Part shown: positions 21,600 to 31,871 of the stretch, piece after piece
How the letters are laid out: every line of letters begins with the position of its first letter
Position numbering within the stretch: position 1 is the stretch's first letter
Assembly (NCBI GenBank): GCA_963666285.1
Contig: OY762711.1
Direction: 5' to 3' (one strand)
Length of the DNA: 64,000 bases
Origin: Sedimentisphaerales bacterium
GTDB lineage: Bacteria; Planctomycetota; Phycisphaerae; Sedimentisphaerales; SM23-30
Notes under the pieces: model-generated
What the model was told of the DNA's origin: nothing
The model's input: only the letters and a program-made list of their open reading frames with translations
Databases searched by the model: none
Program-made: the position numbers and the translations under genes

Positions 21600-21785
21600 T
21601 TAACTGAGCTGCTTTTGGCAGGCATTCAACGACCTAACCTCCTATTCGTACTCACCTTATTCGGCGGCACATTAAACTTTATACAGACCGTAACTCCCAT
21701 TCTTCGTGACGAGGTTTTAAGTAAACTTAAACTTCAATTGACATTCACCGGGATCTTACGGCATAGTCGCTCAGCCTTTATTATA
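21600..21785 (-). ncRNA. Predicted seek/bridge RNA of the IS1111-type element; boundaries approximate
   Basis: Stem ccgtaa..tccc / gggagttacgg encloses an internal loop with UGUCAAUU and CACGAA matching the two target flanks. Confidence 0.6.
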
Positions 21786-21792
21786 TTGTCTT

Positions 21793-22851
21793 CTATGCAG
21801 CCTGATTTATCATTTCTGCGTTAAACATCTCGCCTGTCTTCAACATGGCTCTCATTATCGATGTTAACTTACGTGCTACCGCAACTATCGCTATCTTTTT
21901 CCTGCCGTCCTGACCGGCCATGACCCGCTCATAAAACTGCCTTATCGCCGGGCAAAACCTCACAACACGCCAGCTTGACTCACATAATGCCCATCGCACT
22001 ACCTGCGGACCATGCTTGCTGATATGTCCCAATCTGCGAGTCGAACCGCTCTCATCCAGCTTTGGCGTTAAGCCAAAGTAGGCACTGTATTGCTTATAGT
22101 TACTAAACCTGTCTATATCATCTGTATAAGCAAGCATCGCCTCAGCTGTCCTTGGACCAACCCCGGGAATACTCATCAATAATTCAGCTCCAGGATTATC
22201 TTTTATCTTCTCATCCAGTCTGGCTGTTATCTTATCTCTTTGATTCTCCAGTAATTTTAACTGTTCAAGTAAATCTTCCAACTGAAGACTCCACAGTACA
22301 TCTTCTTTTGACTTTGTTAAGCTCTCCATCCAGACTCGATTCTTCTTGCTCCACCAGGTGCCTTTATGCTCTGGCACTAAATAGCCATTGCTCTTTATCA
22401 ACGCTCTTATCTGATTCTTGGTCTGACCAACTTTACGTACCGTCTTCTGGCGATGCAATATCATCTGACGCCATTGCCTTACCGCCTTATCTGGCATATA
22501 AACACTTGGCAATTCATCAATACTGTACAAAATTGCCATCTTACGCGCATCTATTCGATCGTTTTTCTTATTGGTACGATATATCCAGGTAGCTTTGGTG
22601 GGATTCACTACCTTCACTTCATCCACCAGGTCAACTATCTGATCATATATCCAACCGGCCAAACCGCTAACCTCAAACGCCACAAATACCTTATTCTTCT
22701 TAGACTTATGCTTTATCAAAAAATCTTGCAAACTGCCAATGTCAGGAGGTAATGTCGCGTACTTCTCTGTACCATTTTCATATACCATTGAAACTGTTTT
22801 CTTGCTATCCATATCTAATCCGATATACTTAATCATAACTGGGGCCTCCAA
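21793..22851 (-). CDS. IS110-family recombinase/transposase
   Basis: IGLD, AFE, KNDRIDA (DEDD RuvC-like); SIPGVG; LDESGS serine motif; AVARKL. Confidence 0.95.
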   Translation of the reverse strand: MEAPVMIKYIGLDMDSKKTVSMVYENGTEKYATLPPDIGSLQDFLIKHKSKKNKVFVAFEVSGLAGWIYDQIVDLVDEVKVVNPTKATWIYRTNKKNDRIDARKMAILYSIDELPSVYMPDKAVRQWRQMILHRQKTVRKVGQTKNQIRALIKSNGYLVPEHKGTWWSKKNRVWMESLTKSKEDVLWSLQLEDLLEQLKLLENQRDKITARLDEKIKDNPGAELLMSIPGVGPRTAEAMLAYTDDIDRFSNYKQYSAYFGLTPKLDESGSTRRLGHISKHGPQVVRWALCESSWRVVRFCPAIRQFYERVMAGQDGRKKIAIVAVARKLTSIMRAMLKTGEMFNAEMINQAA

Positions 22852-23147
22852 TAAGGTTTATTGTTTGTGCTTCGAGCACGTTTAAAATAGGACGTCGTAT
22901 TATATTATACTCGATCCTGAATTAACCGGGAGGCTCCGGTTACCATAGCTTATTCGTGGTTTAGCTCTTTTATATTTTCTTTTTACATTTTTTGTGTATT
23001 TCATGAAAAAGTTTCACCCACCGCAGACTGACCGGTGTTTATCGCGGTTAAATTCCAGGCATTTTCATATTGTTTTCTCCTGAACTTCCGTTTAAAATCT
23101 CTTTTCGGTTAAGAATTTCCAATTTTGCACAAGGCGTTAAAATTCAA

Positions 23148-23515
23148 CATTTTACCCCTAAATTACTTCTTCGCCGTGATAGCTCCGTAAGCGTCCGTGG
23201 CCGTTTACAGCCTTTCGCTGCCTGCCGCGCTGCCTCCGTTCGACGGCGTTTAACGTCGTAAAGAGGCCAAAATTCGGCTTTTTCGCTGTTTTGGTAGCAC
23301 CAGTACTGAACATTACATTAAAATAATTCTACTCAATAGCAAACTCAATTTTCCTTCCATTATAAAAAGGCCTACCCAGGTTCTGGACAGGCCTTTATGT
23401 AAAAGGAAAAAATCAAATTATGTAGTCTGACATATACTTACTATCTAGTCATTCAGCAAACCAGCATGGTTTGCTCATTTCCGAGCGATAGCGCGGCCTG
23501 TTCCAGGCTTTGCCT
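23148..23515 (-). repeat. Dispersed non-coding repeat family A, copy 1 (~325 bp plus a ~45-bp hairpin insert)
   Basis: Near-identical reverse complement of 45064-45387. Confidence 0.9.
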
Positions 23516-23539
23516 AGTGCAAGCTGTGCAACCTCTCAT

Positions 23540-25681
23540 TTACAACTTCAGCATCTTTAACAGATCGGCATTACCAAGCGAGCCTAGCGAAGTTACGCCA
23601 GACGATAAAGCTAAGTTGTTTATCACCGGCGTAGGATCTATTGCATTAATAACAGTATAAGATTTCGACATACTCGCAACAGTAACACCACCCTGAGATA
23701 TCGCAACACCCGCGGTTACTGAACCAACCGTACCGGCAATGGTCGTAAAGTCTACTTCTTCAGGCATCGCAAACTCTATATCCTGATCACTTAAACTGTT
23801 AGCCGCTAAGTTGGTATCGTTAGTAGAATTCAAAACTGCATTTAATACATATTCTAAATCCAGCTCTAAATCACTACTATCATCCGAAAGACTTTCTACT
23901 CTGCCATAACCATCTAATGACAATACCAGGTCATATGCGGCATTAAGAGAAGCATAATCGTGATCAATATCGTCCTTGTCACGGTTAACATTTGCTATCG
24001 ATTTTATTCTCGATCTATACGTAATATTTTTATTATCATTAACTTTATGATTTATTGTCGCTACATTTTCATTACCAGCCCCAACCAACTCTGGTTTGGT
24101 ACTATCATCCCCTGTAGAATGCCTGCTTTTTGAATCGGACGCATGATTCTTTTCTCTAACATGCTCACCTTCTGAAACCTCTTCTGATGGTTCCCCATGG
24201 CCCATCGGACCATGACGATCTGGAGCCATCTGAGTTCCTGTTGTCACATTATGATCGTAAATTCCATGGCGATCTATATGTCCGGGAAACCTGCCTGGTT
24301 CGTCCATAGGCATATCACTAAGAACTGCCCCTTCTCCAAAAGTTACAGGCATTGGCCGTCCTGGCCCCGCATTGGAGCCAATTACATTTGGAAACGCAGG
24401 AAAACCTGGCATAATTATAAATTCGCCTTCTTTTGGCATCATAACCATTGGATTAAAATCATTTGGTATAATACCAAATGGTAGCGGCACAAACATATCG
24501 TCACCTGGTAATAAGCTCTCATCTTCAGGAGGAGGTGGAACAAGCCCTTCCGGCTGAAGAGGTGGAACCAGGATATCTGAAGTAAAATCTTCTACTAAAC
24601 CGCTATCGGGATCGGTGCCTATAAAATCAATTTCTCCAGCTTCAAAACTGTCAACATCAACACCTGGCTCCGTACCTGCAGGATCCATTATTACATCATT
24701 ATTATAAACATCCCCTGCATCAGAAGTTGCATCATCATCAACAGAATCATTTGAATTATTATCTGCCGGCTCCTCGATCATACTGTCTATTGGCATAACA
24801 ACAATCGTACCGATTGACATATTACCGTTACTGTCGACAATTGTATATGATATCGTATCTGCCTCATTGAAATATGCCGGCCTGATATAGACTGTCCGGC
24901 CAAGATAATCTGATGATATATAGCCAGTTGCTGGTTTATCAATTGTCACCAACTGTATTTCATCACCATCAGGGTCATAATCATTTGATATTATACCATC
25001 CAGAACCACTGTACTGCCTTCATATAGAATCATATCATTTACAGCTACTGGTGCATCTTCTACCGGGCTGATGTCTATTGTTACCGTTGCAATACTTGTT
25101 CCGCCTGATGTGTCTGAAACAGTATACGTAAATGAATCAGTGCCATAATAATCCTGGGACGGTGTATATACAAATGTTCCATCCCCAGAATCAACAACAT
25201 TACCATGCTCCGGCTGAGTAACAGAAATTGTACTCAGATCAGAAATGTCTATATCAACATCATTTACAAACATATCTGTAAGCATAACAGAGGTATCTTC
25301 TTCTGTAACATAACTGTCATCAAAAGTTTCAACAGATATATTTTCATCATTTAAAACATCCACTCCTTCAATACCATGAGAAAACATTGCCAACAAATCT
25401 ATTTGTTCTCCTGTTTCACGAACAAGTTCTTCAACTCGGTCAAGAATATCTAATGGAGAATGATCGTTGCTGTTGAACATAAGTATATCATCAGCATTTG
25501 ATACATCTTTTAATGTTTCAGAACTATTTAATGTTTCATCAACAAGAGCAATATCCCACCCTGAAGCGTTTAGTAAATGACGTATCTCAAGAGCTTCGAT
25601 ACTCAGCTTATGACTAAGCTTGCCGGATGCTATCTCTTCTGTTGTTCTATTTAATTGTTTTGCTTTTCTATTTTTTCTCAA
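23540..25681 (-). CDS. LEPR-XLL motif extracellular protein with partial DUF4347 and cadherin/Ig-like (Big) domains
   Basis: LSIEALEIRHLL; LAMFSHG; VTEEDT..NDVDID..PEHG..FVYTP..GTDSFTYTVSD; APVAVND. Confidence 0.8.
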   Translation of the reverse strand: MRKNRKAKQLNRTTEEIASGKLSHKLSIEALEIRHLLNASGWDIALVDETLNSSETLKDVSNADDILMFNSNDHSPLDILDRVEELVRETGEQIDLLAMFSHGIEGVDVLNDENISVETFDDSYVTEEDTSVMLTDMFVNDVDIDISDLSTISVTQPEHGNVVDSGDGTFVYTPSQDYYGTDSFTYTVSDTSGGTSIATVTIDISPVEDAPVAVNDMILYEGSTVVLDGIISNDYDPDGDEIQLVTIDKPATGYISSDYLGRTVYIRPAYFNEADTISYTIVDSNGNMSIGTIVVMPIDSMIEEPADNNSNDSVDDDATSDAGDVYNNDVIMDPAGTEPGVDVDSFEAGEIDFIGTDPDSGLVEDFTSDILVPPLQPEGLVPPPPEDESLLPGDDMFVPLPFGIIPNDFNPMVMMPKEGEFIIMPGFPAFPNVIGSNAGPGRPMPVTFGEGAVLSDMPMDEPGRFPGHIDRHGIYDHNVTTGTQMAPDRHGPMGHGEPSEEVSEGEHVREKNHASDSKSRHSTGDDSTKPELVGAGNENVATINHKVNDNKNITYRSRIKSIANVNRDKDDIDHDYASLNAAYDLVLSLDGYGRVESLSDDSSDLELDLEYVLNAVLNSTNDTNLAANSLSDQDIEFAMPEEVDFTTIAGTVGSVTAGVAISQGGVTVASMSKSYTVINAIDPTPVINNLALSSGVTSLGSLGNADLLKMLKL

Positions 25682-26075
25682 TAGTCTTACCTCTGCTATC
25701 CATTGATATTTAGATACTTACAATTTATTATGCGTTCATGCAATGAATATCTGTATTAAAAGATTAATATTTAAAAAGATAATTTCAAAATCGTCATAAT
25801 ACTATTCCTAAATTACCTGGACGACATTGGCTGTATAACTGCTATTAGCAATACAAACAGCCTAAAAAAACAGCCAGAGGTCCTATAATTTCAATTTGGC
25901 ATTGAATCTTAACCATCAAACTTCTTTGATATGATTAACTTTTTTTTAATAAAACACAGCATAATACGCCCAATAACTATGAAACATTTGTCATAAATTC
26001 ACCCACCAGGCCATTATAGCACTCTTGTTGCGTAATAATATAAAGGCAAACATTAGCAAAACCGATAGGCAAGAT

Positions 26076-28547
26076 ATGATTAAAATTAAAATAAATCCGT
26101 CTTTTGCCATAAGCCTGGAACTGGCTCTAATTGCAATGAGTATATCATCACTTATATTCACTGTCGGTGTATTGCCTAAAGAGCAGCAAAAAGAACAACT
26201 GTGGATAAACCAGCACAGTAAAGCACTTGCAGTGCAGTTTTCATTGGCTATACAGACTGGTAACGAAAAAACAATCCAGAACCTCGTAGATTTATCGTTA
26301 AAACAGTACCCTAAACTGCAATCAGTTGCTGTTAAAGTTAATGATATAACCGCAGTCGAAACAGACGGTCATGATGAACTCTGGAATAAAAAATCTGAAC
26401 AGCAAAAACAAAAAACCAATATAACTTTTGAAATTCCCAGACCCAAAAGTACACCTGTTGAACTCCAACTGTGCTATGTCCCTGACGAAAAAAAATGGTA
26501 TCAGACCGATAGCTTCAAATTGGGAACATCAGTCTTATGCGGAACATTTGTTTTATATCTAATTTTAATCCGAAAAATGCTGAAAAAAGCCATTGAATCC
26601 GGAGGGCAAAATAATTCGGAACAGGTTAATGAAATATTTAACACAATGACAGAAGCAGTAGTTGTAATCGATGACAGAGAGAAAATATTACTGGCTAATA
26701 ATGAATTTCTTAAACTTACTGAAAAAAGTTTTGATAAAATAAAAGCTGAACCACTTAACAGCTTTAACTGGCAGGATCCGCCGGAAACTATGCCTTGGAC
26801 AAACGCCCTTCAGGAAAAAGAAGGTATCCGAGGAATCCAGCTATCTGTAAAACCTGAATCAGGCGATAATAAAATACTTATCGTAAATTCTACTCCAATA
26901 AAAGATAATGATGAAAATATTAGCGGTATTATGGTTACAATGAATGATGTAACCAAACTACATAAGCAAAATGAGAAAATTAAGGAGGCGATGGTTGAAC
27001 TCAAAAAGAACCATCAGAAAATCCAGGCTCAAAATGCCATCCTTAAGCAAATGTCTATGCAGGATCCTCTTACTGGATGCCTTAACCGCCGGGCATTTTT
27101 TGAAACATTTGACAAGGAATGGAACGGCTCAAAACGATATGGATATGATCTTAGCTGTATAATGCTGGATATAGACTTTTTTAAGAAAATAAATGACACA
27201 TACGGACATTCAAAAGGTGATGATGTTCTTAAGACTGTTTCTAAACTAGTTATAGAGAACGTAAGAAAATCTGACCATGTTTGCCGCTATGGAGGCGAAG
27301 AATTCTGCATTCTTATGCCGCACACAAACATTGAAGCCGCGGTTACAGCTGCAGAAAAAATCAGGTTATTAGTAGAAAGCAGCTTACCAAGCCAGATAAA
27401 TACAACTATCTCAATGGGTGTTTCCGCTGGAAGTTTAGATGCAGCAAGCCCTCAAGAATTAATTGACCAGGCTGACAAAGCACTATACCACTCCAAAAAC
27501 AACGGCAGAAACCAATATACAAGGTGGGACAGGCTGCCTTTAGAAGAGCTGAATAACAATAATTTGAAAGTGGAAAATCCAGTTATCTCAAAGGATGATG
27601 CTCGAAGATCAACATATCTGGAAATCCCTTTCCAGGCCGTAAACGCTCTAATCAGCGCTTTGGAACAGAGAGATGCCATGACCGGCCTCCATTGCCGAAA
27701 AGTTGCTGATTTATGTGTGTCATTAGCAAGAGGGCTTTTGAATCAATTCGACCTGTATGTTCTTGAAGTTGCTGCTCTACTGCACGACATCGGGAAAATT
27801 AGTGTACCAGATTCAATATTGAATAAGCCGGCAGCTCTAACATCTGAGGAGCTTGCAATAATGAACTATCACATCCAGAAAGGTGCCCAACTTCTGGAAG
27901 ATACCTTCCACTCAACGGAACTCACCGGTATTATTAAATATAAAAGTACCTGGTATGGCGGCACACCTGATAAACCGGAACTACCAAAAGGTGAAATGAT
28001 ACCAATGCGGTCCAGGATAATTTTTGCTGCTACAGCATTCGACTCAATTACCAGTTCAAGCAGCTACAGACAGGCTCGCACCCCACAGGAAGCTATTGAA
28101 GAGATGAAAAATAATTCTCCTAAGCAGTTCGATCCGGTTATTGTCGCAAGACTTGCTGAAATAGTATCAGCAAAAAGCGAACACAGAGCTATCGCTGAAC
28201 AAAACGAAAACGACATCAAAGCTCTGAGAATTGGTCTTGAAATTGAAAAGCTCATATGTGCTATTGAAGCTGAAGATTTCTCCCTAATGAGTGAGCTCGC
28301 TGCAAACCTAGCAAAAGATGCAGCCAAACTTGAGATCCCCGAAGTGTCTGAACCTGCCGCAGCTCTTGGCGATTCTATCAAAAAGGGTTTGCATATGGCC
28401 GATATTTTACCAATGGTAAACAGCATCATAACTGAATGCACTCATCAAAGTGAAAAGTTGATAAGGAATGCCGGTTTTGAAATTCAGGCAAAAGTAGAAA
28501 AAGAATTTGCACAATCTAAAAATGGCAAGTCTGATGATTCAAAATAA
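26076..28547 (+). CDS. Membrane diguanylate cyclase (PAS-GGDEF plus degenerate HD-GYP)
   Basis: Two TMs, PAS, DPLTG, DIDFFK, RKSD I-site, GGEEF; LLHDIGK present but HHE and GYP motifs altered. Confidence 0.9.
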   Translation: MIKIKINPSFAISLELALIAMSISSLIFTVGVLPKEQQKEQLWINQHSKALAVQFSLAIQTGNEKTIQNLVDLSLKQYPKLQSVAVKVNDITAVETDGHDELWNKKSEQQKQKTNITFEIPRPKSTPVELQLCYVPDEKKWYQTDSFKLGTSVLCGTFVLYLILIRKMLKKAIESGGQNNSEQVNEIFNTMTEAVVVIDDREKILLANNEFLKLTEKSFDKIKAEPLNSFNWQDPPETMPWTNALQEKEGIRGIQLSVKPESGDNKILIVNSTPIKDNDENISGIMVTMNDVTKLHKQNEKIKEAMVELKKNHQKIQAQNAILKQMSMQDPLTGCLNRRAFFETFDKEWNGSKRYGYDLSCIMLDIDFFKKINDTYGHSKGDDVLKTVSKLVIENVRKSDHVCRYGGEEFCILMPHTNIEAAVTAAEKIRLLVESSLPSQINTTISMGVSAGSLDAASPQELIDQADKALYHSKNNGRNQYTRWDRLPLEELNNNNLKVENPVISKDDARRSTYLEIPFQAVNALISALEQRDAMTGLHCRKVADLCVSLARGLLNQFDLYVLEVAALLHDIGKISVPDSILNKPAALTSEELAIMNYHIQKGAQLLEDTFHSTELTGIIKYKSTWYGGTPDKPELPKGEMIPMRSRIIFAATAFDSITSSSSYRQARTPQEAIEEMKNNSPKQFDPVIVARLAEIVSAKSEHRAIAEQNENDIKALRIGLEIEKLICAIEAEDFSLMSELAANLAKDAAKLEIPEVSEPAAALGDSIKKGLHMADILPMVNSIITECTHQSEKLIRNAGFEIQAKVEKEFAQSKNGKSDDSK

Positions 28548-28550
28548 GAT

Positions 28551-28586
28551 AACTCAAACCAGCGTATTAAAAGCTGGTTTGAGTTT
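28551..28586. terminator. Hairpin between convergent genes
   Basis: aactcaaaccagc / gctggtttgagtt. Confidence 0.75.
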
Positions 28587-28598
28587 ACATTCTATAAT

Positions 28599-29915
28599 TT
28601 AACGTTGTTTCTGTCGTCGAGACTGACTTTCACGCATAGACTTCCTTTGGTAGTTCCAGTTTTCACCTTCAAGGTTTTCTGCATCATCCCTGTTTTCCTC
28701 GGCATAGGATTTCAGCTTTTCACTACCAAGTGTACTGTAATTATCATTCAAATAGCCAAGATTATAATTCAACATCTGTTTGGCTTCCTGTACTTTACCG
28801 GCATCTCGTAATTCGAGAGCTTTTTTGTTGTTCAGAATAGCTATTTGCTCGACAACATCAGCAAACATCTTTTTGTTTACACTTGCATCAGATTCTTCCT
28901 TGGATTCAGAAAAAGTTATCTGGGCAGCTATCCCGCTTTTGCCGGGCTTATCTGTCAGCATATCAAGATAATTGATTCTGGCCAGGGCAAGCTCACGAAC
29001 CTTATCTACCTCATGAGCAGGAACCTCAACCTCCAGAATCACATATTTTTCATGTTCGCCGTAGATGTTATTGATCTCAACAGAAGCTGTACGGCCGCTA
29101 ATATCACCTTCCCTTCCAAGCAAGCGAACAGGACGCATACCTTCACCGCAAATAATCTCAATCTTCACATCCTGGGCAACTACCGATAACGCTCTGCCAA
29201 ACTCATGATCAAACACAGACGCAAGCTCGTCGGCATCTTCGGCGAAATAATGCCCGCCATCACTCTTTTCTGCCAGCCTGCACATCAGGTCTTCATTATA
29301 CCCAAGTCCCAGGCCAATTGTCGTAACTGAAATACCTTGATCGACCAGCTTTGCCCCCAGCTTACCAAGTTCCTCAGGTGTTTCCGGACCCACGTTTGCA
29401 AGACCATCGCTCAGTAAGACAACACGATTAACATATTCCCTGGACGAAAACTTTTTTACCTCCTCAGAACCGGTCTTAACACCATCGTACAAAGCGGTCG
29501 AACCACCGGCACTTATCTGCCTTATCTTGTTGATTACCATCTCCCGGTCGGTCATTTTTGTTGCAGGCACAAGTACTCTGACCTGACTGTCATATAAAAC
29601 TACAGATACAATATCACTCGATTTTAAACGATGCAATGCCAGGATGGCTGCTTCTTTAGCTTTCTGAATCTTTTCTCCGCTCATAGAACCGGACTTATCA
29701 ATGACTATCGCAATATTTACCGGACAACGTTCTTTCTCCTGTTGTACATGACAACCGGTAAGTCCCACTCGCACATAAGCTGTTTGCTTCTGGCCGGCTA
29801 AAAGAACTGACCTATCCGACTCAATTTTCAAGTCAATCGAATCTGCCAGGCTAAAAGAGGCAGTTAAAATAAGCGACGTCAGCAAAAACATTATCTTGTA
29901 ATATAAATTCTTCAT
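28599..29915 (-). CDS. Secreted von Willebrand factor A domain protein (YfbK-like)
   Basis: Signal peptide; MIDAS DKSGSM; GSTAL; LLSDGLANVG. Confidence 0.9.
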   Translation of the reverse strand: MKNLYYKIMFLLTSLILTASFSLADSIDLKIESDRSVLLAGQKQTAYVRVGLTGCHVQQEKERCPVNIAIVIDKSGSMSGEKIQKAKEAAILALHRLKSSDIVSVVLYDSQVRVLVPATKMTDREMVINKIRQISAGGSTALYDGVKTGSEEVKKFSSREYVNRVVLLSDGLANVGPETPEELGKLGAKLVDQGISVTTIGLGLGYNEDLMCRLAEKSDGGHYFAEDADELASVFDHEFGRALSVVAQDVKIEIICGEGMRPVRLLGREGDISGRTASVEINNIYGEHEKYVILEVEVPAHEVDKVRELALARINYLDMLTDKPGKSGIAAQITFSESKEESDASVNKKMFADVVEQIAILNNKKALELRDAGKVQEAKQMLNYNLGYLNDNYSTLGSEKLKSYAEENRDDAENLEGENWNYQRKSMRESQSRRQKQR

Positions 29916-29943
29916 AGTATTTCCTTTCCTGTTTTTATTAACC

Positions 29944-31638
29944 TTATTGCCAGTAATAATGCCATTTATAATCCAGTGTTATATCCTGTCCGGGAGCAAG
30001 TTCAATTTCCCAGCTAGCCCGTCCAACACTATTGAAATGATACCACCACCATGGCCAACTGCACCAGTTCCACCAGAATGGCAGGCCATCTTCAAAAATC
30101 AGACCATCATAAGAATGTCCTAATTGCATGATCTCACCTGATTGACCTGCTTCATCCATATTACCAAGAACCGATCTCTTAATAAATACTTTAACCATCT
30201 TATCACTATAGTTAGTCAACTTAACATCACCAACCATATTGACCTTGGAATAGAAATCATAATTCCATTTTACAGCCTTATCTTCTATGCCTTCCTGTTC
30301 ATTGCCGCTTTTAACCTTGATATTAACAGCTGTAGTAATTTCCAAGTCACCTTCGCCGCCAATCGGGGTATATTTCATCATGCTTTGAGATAGCACCATA
30401 CCATCTTTTAGAATCGTAGCCGGTGCTGTTGTTAGCGGATACTCTGCTTTGTTATCCAGCCGAACCTTGTGAATCACCTTCGGGGCATAAAACTGCTTGG
30501 CAATCTCTAAATGCTGCTGACTGTTGAAATTTCTGCGCATCTCAAACGGAGGCTGAAAACTGATATCTACAGTATAAATATCGGCATAGCTAAGCTCGTA
30601 TTCAGCTATTGGTATTACCATCCGCTCTCCTTTTTTAAGATTTAGATTATCCAGCGAAAAAACAAACATATCTTCACTTGTGCCAGAACCTTTCAATTCC
30701 GGGCCAAGCTCAACTGATTCTTCGTTTTGCGGTTGATAAAAATCATTATCGAATCCACTATAAGCTACCTGCGACATAATAGAATTTGAAAGCATCATAG
30801 AAGTACGGTTGTTGTCATATCTATTCATACGCCTCGATAACTCAGCAGTGGTTTCTTTGAGAGAAATTGGATCAACCATATCCTTGAATGCAAAACTTGG
30901 CACTCCCACAACCAGATGTGCCTTAACATTATTCAGGTCAATAAGTTCGTTTACTATTGTACCCTGCAATTTAACTATAGCTTTTCCTTTACCATCAATC
31001 TCGATACGATAACCAGGGATCCATCGCAGGCCCTTCTGGACATATGCCATACCGATATTTGCTTTTTGTATAGCTGAACTTTTATGCTTCAGTTTAATTG
31101 TCATCAAATTCTGCATTTCTGTTACAGTCTGATCATATGTCGGCATACCCAGGAATGTCACATTCTGTATCTGACTAATTTTAACTGCTTTTGTACCTTC
31201 CCGCTGTTTCAGCAACACAATCTGATCGCTCAGTATCTTTACAATTTCCGCTTGATACGCCTGTTGAAATGATTGTTCCTTCACTAATATCGGGTTATTG
31301 ATATTAAGTTTGAGTAATTCAATAAGATTTGCGACTGTCTGGTTATTCTTCACCTCATTTTGACCGGCGATTACGCACTGAATTGCATTATCCGGGTCTG
31401 CTGAATAAGCCCAGAAAGTACCAAGTACAGGCTGGGGCAGCTCATCAAGGACAATATCACCGGATTCGTTAGGCTGAATATATCCTTCATGCAAAACAAA
31501 TGAATGACCATCCTTAAATACCGTTATCTCTTTAACGGGAAGCTTATCATATACCCTCTCAACATTTGCGGCTTCTAACAGACAGCTCATTAGAAATATT
31601 TTCAAAACTATGGTCATAGCTATTTGGGTGCCTTTCAT
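29944..31638 (-). CDS. DUF4139-like secreted protein
   Basis: Signal peptide, ITVFKDGH, GLRWIPGYRI, A.LQGTIVN; Trp-rich C-terminus. Confidence 0.7.
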   Translation of the reverse strand: MKGTQIAMTIVLKIFLMSCLLEAANVERVYDKLPVKEITVFKDGHSFVLHEGYIQPNESGDIVLDELPQPVLGTFWAYSADPDNAIQCVIAGQNEVKNNQTVANLIELLKLNINNPILVKEQSFQQAYQAEIVKILSDQIVLLKQREGTKAVKISQIQNVTFLGMPTYDQTVTEMQNLMTIKLKHKSSAIQKANIGMAYVQKGLRWIPGYRIEIDGKGKAIVKLQGTIVNELIDLNNVKAHLVVGVPSFAFKDMVDPISLKETTAELSRRMNRYDNNRTSMMLSNSIMSQVAYSGFDNDFYQPQNEESVELGPELKGSGTSEDMFVFSLDNLNLKKGERMVIPIAEYELSYADIYTVDISFQPPFEMRRNFNSQQHLEIAKQFYAPKVIHKVRLDNKAEYPLTTAPATILKDGMVLSQSMMKYTPIGGEGDLEITTAVNIKVKSGNEQEGIEDKAVKWNYDFYSKVNMVGDVKLTNYSDKMVKVFIKRSVLGNMDEAGQSGEIMQLGHSYDGLIFEDGLPFWWNWCSWPWWWYHFNSVGRASWEIELAPGQDITLDYKWHYYWQ

Positions 31639-31719
31639 TCTTGGTTACTCCTTGTAAAGTTAGATGGTTAATATTTCATCGCTTTCTTTCACTTAATTAT
31701 ACGACAGTAACAAGCAAAA

Positions 31720-31860
31720 CGTGTGTCAAAGGTATGTAACAAATACAAGTTAGAGTTTTACATAAAAGTTACATTTGCTTTATCGCTACATATGGTATAA
31801 TCTAGTAGCTGATTAGCTCTTATTTACACATATGTGACATAGGTAACAGAAATGTAACAG
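31720..31860. promoter_or_regulatory. Putative OmpR-family binding boxes (GTAACA-like direct repeats) in a divergent promoter
   Basis: atgtaaca near 31734, gttacat near 31768, gtgacataggtaacagaaatgtaaca at 31834-31859. Confidence 0.55.
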
Positions 31861-31871
31861 GAACAAAATAG

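Larger units (their letters stand above)
21407..22951 (-). mobile_element. IS110-family element of IS1111 type
   Basis: Subterminal IRs ctatgaaccggag / ctccggttaccatag; long 3' non-coding end; AT core at both junctions; no target duplication. Confidence 0.88.

Noticed and set aside
23188..23200. GTAAGCGTCC resembling an IS66 terminal repeat
   Set aside because: Internal to repeat A, with no partner TIR or 8-bp target duplication
23070..23261. Short ORFs here and at 45221-45433
   Set aside because: Chance frames in repeat family A; not conserved between the two copies
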